From Bacteroidota bacterium (lineage in GTDB: Bacteria; Bacteroidota; Bacteroidia; Bacteroidales; UBA12077), in NCBI GenBank assembly GCA_034189025.1, contig JAXHVS010000142.1, forward strand, positions 66,147 to 128,830: DNA of 62,684 nucleotides, read 5' to 3'. The notes under the pieces are model-generated. The model made no database searches, had not been told where the DNA came from, and saw only the letters and a list, made by a program, of their open reading frames with translations. The stretch's first letter is position 1; each line of letters opens with the position of its first letter. The position numbers were made by a program, and so were the translations under genes. This document shows, one piece after another, positions 20,092-29,278 of this stretch.

Positions 20092-22545
20092 ATGATTAAA
20101 AAGATTGTTATTGCATTTTTGATTATAGGAATATCATTAAGTGCTTTTGCTGAAGAAGATAATAATTCAGAACTAAGTAAAGGAAATTTAACGGGTTATG
20201 TATACGATTCAAACCAAAATAAACCTTTAGAATATGCAACCATAGCGCTGATAAACATAGAAAATGGAAGTGTGGTTAATGGAACAATTTCTGATGAATC
20301 AGGATTTTTTCAGTTAAAAAATATTAATCCCGGAGTATACCGAATTGAAATAACCTTTATAGGTTACGAAAAGGAAGTAATTGAAAGAATAGAAATTACC
20401 AATAAAAATCGAAAAATTGAATTGGGCCAGGTAATGATAAGCCCGGCTTCCGAATCAATTGATGAAGTAGTTGTTACCGCAGACAGGCCTACCATGACTT
20501 ATAAAATTGATAAAAAAGTAATCAATGTGAGTCAACAACATACTTCTGCATCAGGTACTGCTGTCGAGATTTTGGAGAATGTACCTTCGGTAACTGTTGA
20601 TATAGAAGGAAATGTAAGCTTACGTGGTAGCCAAAGTTTTACCGTATTAATTGATAATAAGCCAACGGTATTGGATCCGAGCGATGCCCTTAGCCAGATT
20701 CCGGCCAGTGCCATTGAAAATATCGAAATAATTACTAATCCATCTGCAAAATATGATCCTGACGGAACATCCGGGATTGTTAATATTATTACCAAAAGGA
20801 ATAAAATGCAGGGAATGAATGGAGTAGTTAACCTAAATGCCGGAATGTACGACCGTTATGGAGGAGATTTTTTGGTAAACTACCGAAGAGAAAAATTTAG
20901 TGTTTATGTAGGCGCCGATATTAATACCAGAAACATGTACGGTTCGAGAGACGCGGAAAGTAGAACATATTATAACGACACAACATCATATATCTTATCC
21001 GATGGAGATTTTAATCGCGAAGGTTCTTCTTATAGTTTTAGAGGTGGAGTTGATTACAATTTCAATGCTTTTAATACCCTTAGTTTCGAAGCTCGTTATG
21101 GAAATCGGGATAATAATTCTGATAATGAAACTAACTATCATGAATTTATAATTCCGGGAACTTTTGATGAATATTATATAAGCAAGGAAGAATCTGAACG
21201 AGGAGGTGATTACCTTTCATTAAATTTGAGTTATATACGGAAGTTTAATAAAAAAGGACATGAGTTGTATGCCCTGGTAAATTATAGCAGAAGGGATTTT
21301 GATTCTGAATCTACCAATCGTTTAATTAACGAGAATAATAATATTGTAAGTGGCCAAAGATCTATAGAATCCGGGCCCAGACAGCCTTTGCGATTTCAAC
21401 TGGATTATACTTTGCCCTTAAGCGAAACAAATAAGTTCGAAGCGGGTTATCAATCCCGAATGTCAGACAATACGGAAAAAGCCGAAATGTTTATGTATGA
21501 TACATCTGCTGCTGTGATGGATTTTGTGTTCCAGGATCAATATTCTAATACATCAAATTACCGTAGAAGTATTCATTCGTTATATGCTATCTACTCTGGC
21601 GAATTAGGAAATTTCGGCTATCAGGGAGGAGTTCGTGGAGAATATACTTATCGTGATATTACTATTGATGAAACGAATGAAAATTTTAATATTGATCGAT
21701 GGGATATTTTTCCCACGGTACACGTTTCATACAATCTGCCAAAAGAAAATCAAATGATGGCAAGTTATACCCGTCGGATCGACCGCCCGAGAGGGTGGTA
21801 TCTCGAACCCTTTTTAACCTGGTCGGATGCTTATAATGTACGACAAGGAAATCCAGGGCTTGAGCCTGAATATATCGATTCTTACGAACTTAGCTATTTA
21901 AATAAGTTTGGACGTAATTCATTCTCTTTCGAAGCATACTACCGCGTTACACATAATAAAATTGAAAGAGTAAGAAGTGTTTATTCAGAAAATGTATTTT
22001 TAAGCTCATTTGAAAATGTAGGGAAAGATTACGCCCTTGGAATTGAATCCATGCTGGCATTAGATGTTCAAAAATGGTGGCATGTGGATTTAATGGGAAA
22101 TCTCTACGACTATCGTGTCGAAGGGCAATTAGGTGGACGTGATTTCTCTGAATCAAGTTTTAACTGGAATATCCGTTTTAATAATATTTTACGGTTTAGC
22201 GATAATTCAAGATTGCAGTTTAATGCGATGTATAACAGCCCTACTATAAGTGCACAAGGCGAGCGTAGCGATTTTTTTATGGCCAACCTGGCTTATAAAC
22301 ATGATTTCCTGAAAAAAGCATTCTCGGCTACATTACAGGTACGTGATGTTTTTGGAACCATGAAACATTCGAGTACATATAGCGGTGATGATTTTTATTC
22401 ATATAGCTATTTTGAACCCAAAACCCCGTTTGTTTCTGTAACATTAACATATAGAATTAACAACTATCGTCCAGACAGGCAAAGAGGAAGAAATGGCGGT
22501 GACAATATGCAAGATTTTGATGAAGGTGAAGGTGTAGAATTTTAA
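20092..22545 (+). CDS. TonB-dependent outer-membrane receptor with an N-terminal CarboxypepD_reg-like domain
   Basis: 817 aa. Contains a signal peptide, GYVYDSNQNKPLEYATI...GVYRIEITFIGY (carboxypeptidase-regulatory-like), a plug region (VPSVTVDIEGNVSLRGS), a long beta-barrel and a C-terminal aromatic residue (..VEF). No susD-like partner is adjacent. Confidence 0.85.
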   Translation: MIKKIVIAFLIIGISLSAFAEEDNNSELSKGNLTGYVYDSNQNKPLEYATIALINIENGSVVNGTISDESGFFQLKNINPGVYRIEITFIGYEKEVIERIEITNKNRKIELGQVMISPASESIDEVVVTADRPTMTYKIDKKVINVSQQHTSASGTAVEILENVPSVTVDIEGNVSLRGSQSFTVLIDNKPTVLDPSDALSQIPASAIENIEIITNPSAKYDPDGTSGIVNIITKRNKMQGMNGVVNLNAGMYDRYGGDFLVNYRREKFSVYVGADINTRNMYGSRDAESRTYYNDTTSYILSDGDFNREGSSYSFRGGVDYNFNAFNTLSFEARYGNRDNNSDNETNYHEFIIPGTFDEYYISKEESERGGDYLSLNLSYIRKFNKKGHELYALVNYSRRDFDSESTNRLINENNNIVSGQRSIESGPRQPLRFQLDYTLPLSETNKFEAGYQSRMSDNTEKAEMFMYDTSAAVMDFVFQDQYSNTSNYRRSIHSLYAIYSGELGNFGYQGGVRGEYTYRDITIDETNENFNIDRWDIFPTVHVSYNLPKENQMMASYTRRIDRPRGWYLEPFLTWSDAYNVRQGNPGLEPEYIDSYELSYLNKFGRNSFSFEAYYRVTHNKIERVRSVYSENVFLSSFENVGKDYALGIESMLALDVQKWWHVDLMGNLYDYRVEGQLGGRDFSESSFNWNIRFNNILRFSDNSRLQFNAMYNSPTISAQGERSDFFMANLAYKHDFLKKAFSATLQVRDVFGTMKHSSTYSGDDFYSYSYFEPKTPFVSVTLTYRINNYRPDRQRGRNGGDNMQDFDEGEGVEF

Positions 22546-22602
22546 TTTAGAGGAAAAATAAAAAAAGCGAACCTGTTAATTGGGATTCGCCTCTTTGAGT
22601 CT

Positions 22603-22815
22603 TTAGTCAGCCTTTTTCATCGGACAGGTGCTAATTCCAAATAATGCGTACAGTCCGCAAAAGTTAACGATTGCTGTTATTAATAAAATAGCACCAATAA
22701 TGAGTAATACAGTACCTAAGGTACCTGTTATAATATTCGTAAAATAAAGAATCCCAATAGTTAAGGCAATAATAATACGTATAACCCTGTCGGCAACTCC
22801 AATATTTTTTTTCAT
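22603..22815 (-). CDS. DUF2892 (YgaP-like) small membrane protein
   Basis: 70 aa with the MKKNIGVADRVIRIIIALTIG pattern and two TM helices, typical of DUF2892 (from memory). Confidence 0.65.
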   Translation of the reverse strand: MKKNIGVADRVIRIIIALTIGILYFTNIITGTLGTVLLIIGAILLITAIVNFCGLYALFGISTCPMKKAD

Positions 22816-22966
22816 ATCTTTTTGATTTTTATTAGTTTGTTATTGATTTAATTTGATAACAAGGGAAAAGGGATTTTGTTTAATATATTAAAATAATAAT
22901 TTGACAAAATAATTTTCGTGTATTCGAACTTTATTCTGCTAATTGCTGGCTAGCTAAAAAAAGTTG

Positions 22967-24229
22967 TTAAGACCAAAACCTGAAAATATCTTCAACCGTT
23001 TCTCTTTCTTTTATAATAGAGTAATGATCTCCTTCTTTACCATTGATTTTAGGAAATATTCGGCTTACATATTTCGGCCACATACCAAAAGTATACCCAC
23101 CTGTATCGTGAATTACAAGATAGTCACCTTCATTGGTTTCAGGTAATTTAACATCCCTGGCAATAATATCATTGGCAAAATATAACGGTCCTGCAATATG
23201 ATATTTTTTTAGTGATTTTGATTTTTTTGGATTTCCATTTTTATCTAATAATGAAATCTCATGATACCACTCTCCCGGATTTAAGCACTCTCTTAACAGT
23301 AAATCCGCACCTGCATGAACAATAAGTGTATTATCGTTTGGATAATGTTTGACATATTCAACTTTGGTTGACGTAACCTGAATTTACATGTAAATAACGG
23401 CCAAATTCGATAATTAGTTTTAGATCTTCCAGATTGTATTTTTTTAGCAGATTTTGTATCTCCTGCCCGTAAACTTTTATATCCAGTGGATTTTGATTAT
23501 GATGATAAGCCACAGAAAGCCCGCCGCCAATATCAAAAAATTCAACTTTTCTGTTTTTGCTTTCTAATTTTTTATTAATTTCTTTAATGATTTGAAGCCC
23601 TTTATCAATGCCCTTTAGCAGCAATTGCATCTCACATCCCTGAGAACCAATATGCATATGAATTCCGTTAATCCATTTATGGACTTTAAAATATTCAATA
23701 ATTTTATCCTGGTAATTTTTAACTGGAATCCCAAATTCTGAATATTCTCCCGCCAACGAAGTAGCAGCAATTTTTCCGGTGCCAACCTGAGGATTAATTC
23801 TTAATCCAACAATACTATCTGAGTGGATGGTTTGCTTTAATTGTGCAATCCTGTCCAATTCCATCAGCGAATCGGCATTAATATGGATATTGTTTTGAAG
23901 AGCATTGGTTAATTCAGCAATAGTTTTGGCTGGCGAATCAAAAATAATTTGTTTATTATCAAAACCTGCTTTTTGGGCAATAAACAATTCTCCTTCGGAA
24001 GCAACTTCTGCCCCTAAACCAAAGGCGTTGGCTTTTTTTAAAATATTTACCAGTGGATTGGCTTTTACTGCTGAGGTATGTATGGTGCTGTTAGGAAAAG
24101 AATCTTTAAGGCCTTTAATTTTTGCTTTTAAAAAATAATGGTTGTATCTTTTTCCGGGTTTATTAATCCCTGATTTAAACACTCGTTGAATGATTGTCCG
24201 ATAGATTTTAATGGGATAAAATGATTCAT
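22967..24229 (-). pseudogene. fold-type III PLP-dependent decarboxylase (Orn/DAP/Arg decarboxylase family 2) interrupted by two frameshifts
   Basis: Three consecutive reading frames on the minus strand together give a full-length protein of about 420 aa. Frame 1: ATG 24229 MNHFIPLKSIGQSFNECLNQGLINPEKDTTIIF*. Frame 2: the track ORF 23358-24182 (AVKANP, HMHIGSQ, FDIGGGL, EFGRYL). Frame 3: own translation 22967-23358, VEYVKHYPNDNTLIVHAGADLL...IAGPLYFANDII...DYLVIHDTGGYTFGMW...RFWS*. Confidence 0.75.
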
Positions 24230-24232
24230 CAA

Positions 24233-25768
24233 TTATTCATTTAACTTTTTAAAATCGAGGTTATGAAAATGAAAATCATTACTTGGTAAATCTATTGTGA
24301 ATCCATTTACCTGGTTTGATAGGGTATCTACATCAAAATTAATAATCCCAAAAGGTAAATAAACATCTTTAAAGTTTACTTTAAAACTGTTATAATGCCA
24401 GTGCTCCATTTTGCTATGTAAGAATTTTGAAGAAGGTAAAAATGTAATGTTTAATTCATTGTTATCCATTGTTACTTCTGCTTTACCATACATTATATCT
24501 TCGTAAATTCCGGTAAATTTATTTAATGCAAACGAAGGTTTGGTATTTAATTTTCGTTGGGATATTCGTTCTGAATTTAATTTTTCTGCCGAATCATTAA
24601 AATCATGTTGTTGTTGTAGATAATATTCTGGCCAGTTATTAGTTTCTTTTTCCAGGATAATATCTAAATAAGAAAACAACAGTGCATTGTTACTAAAGAA
24701 GTTAAAACCATTATTAAGGATTATTATTCCTGTGTTTTTTTTGGGCAAAAAAGCTACTTTGCTAATAAAGCCTGGCATACTGCCGCTATGTTCAATAATT
24801 TTATATCCGGAGTAATCGTAGGTAACCCAACCGAGTGCATAAGCTCTGAAATGTATTCCGAAACTTTTTCTTTCGTCAGAAACGGATAAAATAGTTTCTG
24901 GAGAAGTTAATTCTTGAATGATATTGGGTGAAAGGATTTGTGTATTTTTCCACTGGCCATCATTTATAAACATTGTAATCCAATTGCTTAAATCACGAGG
25001 GTTTGACCAGATAGAAGCAGCCGGTTTGCCTCCAGCAAAATAATAAGGACTGAAAACAGAGTCGTTAAAATGCGGAAAAGCAAGAGATTCTGTACCATCA
25101 AAATCATCATTCGATGTTCTGGTGTCATTCATTTCTAATGGAATAATAAAATTTTGTTTGATAAAATTTTCCCACGATTGCCCGGTAACTTTTTCAATTA
25201 TTTCCCCTGCCAGCATATACATATTGTTCTGATATCCATACTCTGCACGAAATTGTTTGGTTATGGGCAGATGTTGCATTCTATGTAAAATTTCATCATT
25301 AGAGTAGGTGGTATGATACCAAAGTAAATCGCCATAAAATGTTCCCAAACCGCTTCGATGAGTTAATATATCTTTAATTGTTAAATTTTTTGTGATACAT
25401 TCATCCTTTAATTTAAATTCAGGAATATAATCTATTACCTTATCATCCCAAGATATCAACTCATCTTGTACCAGCTTTCCAATAGCTGCTGCAGTAAATG
25501 CTTTGGTACATGAAGCAATATTAAAAATATCATTCTTATCCAGGAAAGTAATTTTTTCTGCATTTTTATAGCCTAGTGCTTTATCATAAATAATATTTCC
25601 ATTTTGTACAATGGCAACGCTAAGTCCGGTAGGGTTAAACTGATCAAATACTTTTTGAGTTACACGGTCAATTTTTTGAATCTCATTTTCATCTTTTTGA
25701 ACAAAAAGGATAATAGGAACAGCTATTACAAGAAGCAGCGGAACAATAAATTTTACAATATTTTTCAT
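24233..25768 (-). CDS. serine hydrolase of the beta-lactamase/transpeptidase-like family (class C-like) with an extra C-terminal domain
   Basis: 511 aa with a signal/TM segment, SxxK motif ASCTKAF and YxN (YQNN). The stop lies 3 nt before the ATG of the decarboxylase gene. Confidence 0.8.
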   Translation of the reverse strand: MKNIVKFIVPLLLVIAVPIILFVQKDENEIQKIDRVTQKVFDQFNPTGLSVAIVQNGNIIYDKALGYKNAEKITFLDKNDIFNIASCTKAFTAAAIGKLVQDELISWDDKVIDYIPEFKLKDECITKNLTIKDILTHRSGLGTFYGDLLWYHTTYSNDEILHRMQHLPITKQFRAEYGYQNNMYMLAGEIIEKVTGQSWENFIKQNFIIPLEMNDTRTSNDDFDGTESLAFPHFNDSVFSPYYFAGGKPAASIWSNPRDLSNWITMFINDGQWKNTQILSPNIIQELTSPETILSVSDERKSFGIHFRAYALGWVTYDYSGYKIIEHSGSMPGFISKVAFLPKKNTGIIILNNGFNFFSNNALLFSYLDIILEKETNNWPEYYLQQQHDFNDSAEKLNSERISQRKLNTKPSFALNKFTGIYEDIMYGKAEVTMDNNELNITFLPSSKFLHSKMEHWHYNSFKVNFKDVYLPFGIINFDVDTLSNQVNGFTIDLPSNDFHFHNLDFKKLNE

Positions 25769-25902
25769 TTTTGTTAAGGTAAGTGTAAAAATTTAAATAT
25801 TTATTGCTTAAAAATAACAAACAGAAAGGGTATAAGCAATAATCATGAAATTAATCTAAGGAATTATTCTTAAAAGTTCTTTAATAAGCAAAATGGAGAT
25901 AT

Positions 25903-26409
25903 TTACCTTTTCTTAAACAATAAAAATAAATAAATACTAAAAGCCAGGGTTGTAGCGATTTGCATAGTTATAGGTGTGGAGATTAATCCCGATTTTAAAA
26001 CAGCTAACTGGATTAATCCAAATTTAATTCCGTAATAAACCAGCTTACTGGCAATTATACTAATCAATATGGGAAAAAATGTATGTTTAAATTTATTAAC
26101 CAGCGCAAAAAAGATAAATACATTTAAACTCAACTCAAAGGTAATTAAAAGCATTTTAGGGAATACCGGGTGAGCTGAAATTAAAAACGAAAACAACGGG
26201 AGTGTTAAAGCAATTAAATAAGCATTTTTTTGAGTTGTATGTACTAAAGCAAGAATTAACATTAATCTCATAGGCTCGATAAAATAAACCGGCAGACTGA
26301 GTAAATGCGAGATGGCCGGAATAAAATAAATAAATGCAATGGCTCCAATATCAAATAGTATACTTCGGATACTTTGTTTGCTTAATTGATACGTTCCTTT
26401 AGTTTCCAT
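25903..26409 (-). CDS. hypothetical polytopic membrane protein
   Basis: 168-aa ORF with about 5 predicted TM helices. No recognisable motif. Confidence 0.5.
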   Translation of the reverse strand: METKGTYQLSKQSIRSILFDIGAIAFIYFIPAISHLLSLPVYFIEPMRLMLILALVHTTQKNAYLIALTLPLFSFLISAHPVFPKMLLITFELSLNVFIFFALVNKFKHTFFPILISIIASKLVYYGIKFGLIQLAVLKSGLISTPITMQIATTLAFSIYLFLLFKKR

Positions 26410-26543
26410 AACTGTTGCTTTTTTTGATTAAAATATAATCGGTTGCTTTTTTATTGATAAACCAAATTTAAGGATTAATTTTTAAAGCTATTGCATTTTT
26501 TGTAAATTTATGGATTGAGTTTTACTAAAAAAAACCACTGCTT

Positions 26544-27464
26544 ATGAAACGTAGAGATTTTATTATTAAATCAATAAATGCAGGGATTTTTACCGGAGCA
26601 GCATTAAGCGTTGGTGGCTTTGGAAAAATTTTTGCCAATACGGTAAATTCCTCTCTTCCATATGATTTGGTAGCTGTTCGTGATGGTGAACCGGACTTGA
26701 TGCTTGATAAAGCATTAAAGGCAATGGGAGGGATTCAGAATTTTGTTAAAAAAGGACAAACGGTGGTTGTAAAACCAAACATAGGTTGGGATGTTTCTCC
26801 CGAAAGAGCTGCCGACACGAATCCTTTATTGGTGAAACGAATTATAACACACTGTTTTACAGCCGGTGCAAAGGAAGTTTATGTTTTCGATAATACTTGT
26901 GATAAATGGTCGGCATGTTATAAAAACAGCGGAATTGAGAAAGCAGCAAAAGATGCTGGAGCAAAAGTGGTTCCTGCCCATAGCGAAAGTTATTTTCAAA
27001 GTGTTGATATCCCTCGCGGGAAAAATCTTAAAAACGCAAAAGTGCATGAATTAATTTTAAGCTCAGATGTTTTTATTAATGTTCCTGTATTAAAAAATCA
27101 TGGTTCTGCTCGTATCACCGTTGCCATGAAAAACCTTATGGGTATCGTTTGGGACCGAAGATACTGGCATCGGAATAATTTGAATCAATGCATTGCCGAT
27201 TTTGCGACCTATCGAAAACCCGACTTAAATATTATTGACGCTTATCAGGTGATGACCAAAAATGGGCCACGCGGCACTTCAACAGCCGACCTGGTAAAAA
27301 TGAAATATTTAATCGTTTCGAACGACATGGTAGCTGCTGATGCTGCAGCTGCAAAAGTTTTTGGTATTGAACCTCAGGATGCAGAATATATTCCTATGGC
27401 CAATCAATTGGGGGTAGGGCAAATTGATTTAACCAAACTTAATATTAACAGAATAAGAGTTTAA
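26544..27464 (+). CDS. DUF362-domain protein with a twin-arginine (Tat) signal
   Basis: 306 aa. N-terminus MKRRDFIIKSINAGIFTGAALSVGG. The body resembles DUF362 (VVVKPNIGW, NVPVLKNHG, MKNLMG), from memory. Confidence 0.7.
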   Translation: MKRRDFIIKSINAGIFTGAALSVGGFGKIFANTVNSSLPYDLVAVRDGEPDLMLDKALKAMGGIQNFVKKGQTVVVKPNIGWDVSPERAADTNPLLVKRIITHCFTAGAKEVYVFDNTCDKWSACYKNSGIEKAAKDAGAKVVPAHSESYFQSVDIPRGKNLKNAKVHELILSSDVFINVPVLKNHGSARITVAMKNLMGIVWDRRYWHRNNLNQCIADFATYRKPDLNIIDAYQVMTKNGPRGTSTADLVKMKYLIVSNDMVAADAAAAKVFGIEPQDAEYIPMANQLGVGQIDLTKLNINRIRV

Positions 27465-27467
27465 TAT

Positions 27468-29033
27468 ATGAAGCTTGCGTTATTAAAAAAATTAAGGGTT
27501 GTATTTTCAATCCTCTATTTTATACTCATTCTTACTTTATTTATTGATTTTACAGATATTATTCCCGAAAAAATCTACGATTCTGTGTTGTTTCTTCAGT
27601 TTGTCCCTTCGTTACTCACATTGGTAAACATATTTACTTTTACTGGCATAGGATTTTTAATCATAATCATCTTAAATATTTTTTTTGGTAGAGTTTATTG
27701 TTCGTTTATTTGCCCATTGGGAATATTACAGGATATTTTTAGTTATATATCCAAAAAACTCCGAAGATTAAAAAAATACCGGTATAATTATATAAAACCT
27801 TTCCGTTGGATACGGTATTCGTTTTTAGGGATTTTTATTATAGGATTAATTTCTGGTGTTACCGTTTTAGTTTCTTTTTTAGACCCATATAGTATTTTCG
27901 GACGTATTGCTTCCGGTTTAATACGGCCTGTTGTTATTGAAGGAAATAATCTCTTAGCTTCTGTTTTTCAGAAATTTGACATTTATACTTTTTATGTTGT
28001 TGATTTAAAACCACAACACTGGCAGGTAATTATTGTTTCTGCCTTTTTCCTGTTTTTGATCTTTTTGTTTTCTGTTTTTAAGGGACGCTTATATTGCAAC
28101 ACCATTTGCCCTGTGGGAACATTGCTGGGATTTTTTTCCCGGTTCTCGGTATTTAAAATTCATATCAATAAAAATACATGTACCAGTTGTAAGTTGTGTG
28201 AAAAAGTATGTAAAGCAGGGTGTATAAATATCCCGCAACAAAATGTTGAGTTTGACCGGTGTGTTAATTGTTTCAATTGCCTCACCGTTTGCCCGGTTGA
28301 TAGTATTCAATATACTTTTGAAAAGAAAATTACAAAGCAGAAACATAAGCAGCCCTCGGAACAAAATCAGAATAATCGGCGACAATTTTTTGCTTTATTA
28401 GCGTTAATTTTTGCTGCAGGAAAAAGCCGGCCGCAAGACATTGAAGTGCATGATACAGCAACTTTTCCGGCAAAAAGAAAGGTAGCTGTTTCTCCTCCCG
28501 GATCTGATTCTATTGAACATTTTAATTCTGTTTGTACAGCTTGCCACTTGTGTGTGAGTGCATGCCCTACACATGTTTTACAACCCGCATATACCGATTA
28601 TGGCTTAATTGGCTTTATGCAGCCTGTAATGGATAATCATGCCGGATTCTGTAACTTTGATTGTATTAAATGTGGCGAAGTTTGCCCAACAGGTGCCATT
28701 CAGTTGTTGGATTTAGAAACAAAACGACAAACACAGATTGGGATAGCTCAGTTTGTAAAACAAAATTGTATTGTAGAAACCGAAGGAACTAATTGTGGGG
28801 CTTGTGCCGAGCATTGCCCTACCAAAGCTGTTCGGATGGTACCCTATCAAGGTAGTCTGGTAATACCCGAAGTTACCGATAATATTTGTATTGGTTGTGG
28901 TGCATGCGAATATGCCTGCCCAACCACTCCTTATAAGGCTATTTATGTTGAAGGAAATGCTATCCACCAATGGGCACAAAAGCCGGAAGAAATAGAACAG
29001 GAAAGAGAAGTTGAAGATGATTTCCCTTTCTAA
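27468..29033 (+). CDS. membrane polyferredoxin: NapH/MauN-like N-terminal half fused to a NapG-like multi-[4Fe-4S] C-terminal half
   Basis: 521 aa with TM helices and two CxxxCP motifs (CSFICPLG, CNTICPVG). Cluster motifs are CTSCKLCEKVC, CVNCFNCLTVCP, then RRQFF plus a hydrophobic helix, then CTACHLCVSACP, CIKCGEVCP, CGACAEHCP and CIGCGACEYACP. Confidence 0.8.
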   Translation: MKLALLKKLRVVFSILYFILILTLFIDFTDIIPEKIYDSVLFLQFVPSLLTLVNIFTFTGIGFLIIIILNIFFGRVYCSFICPLGILQDIFSYISKKLRRLKKYRYNYIKPFRWIRYSFLGIFIIGLISGVTVLVSFLDPYSIFGRIASGLIRPVVIEGNNLLASVFQKFDIYTFYVVDLKPQHWQVIIVSAFFLFLIFLFSVFKGRLYCNTICPVGTLLGFFSRFSVFKIHINKNTCTSCKLCEKVCKAGCINIPQQNVEFDRCVNCFNCLTVCPVDSIQYTFEKKITKQKHKQPSEQNQNNRRQFFALLALIFAAGKSRPQDIEVHDTATFPAKRKVAVSPPGSDSIEHFNSVCTACHLCVSACPTHVLQPAYTDYGLIGFMQPVMDNHAGFCNFDCIKCGEVCPTGAIQLLDLETKRQTQIGIAQFVKQNCIVETEGTNCGACAEHCPTKAVRMVPYQGSLVIPEVTDNICIGCGACEYACPTTPYKAIYVEGNAIHQWAQKPEEIEQEREVEDDFPF

Positions 29034-29278
29034 TCCTTCATCTTTTAATAGGTGCTTATATTTCAGTAAAGATTAAATATATCCCTTGCCCATTTTTTAC
29101 TTTTTTACTTTTTTCTTAAAATTTTTTCATCAGGCGTTTATTTTTCTACTGAATACATTAATTTAAATTTTTTAGAACAATTAAATTTTAAAAATTGTTT
29201 CTATACTAATGAATTGCGGTTAGAATTATTTTAACCATCATTAAAAATTATACATTTATCTAAAGAAAATAAGTGAAG

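Noticed and set aside
22561-22602. Possible terminator GCGAACC..GGGATTCGC between the TonB receptor and DUF2892 genes
   Set aside because: The stem is only 5-7 bp with a bulge and lacks a clean T-run on either strand. It is too weak to list as a feature.
22964-23146. 60-aa plus-strand ORF
   Set aside because: It is antisense to the C-terminal fragment of the frameshifted decarboxylase, whose minus-strand translation carries clear family motifs.
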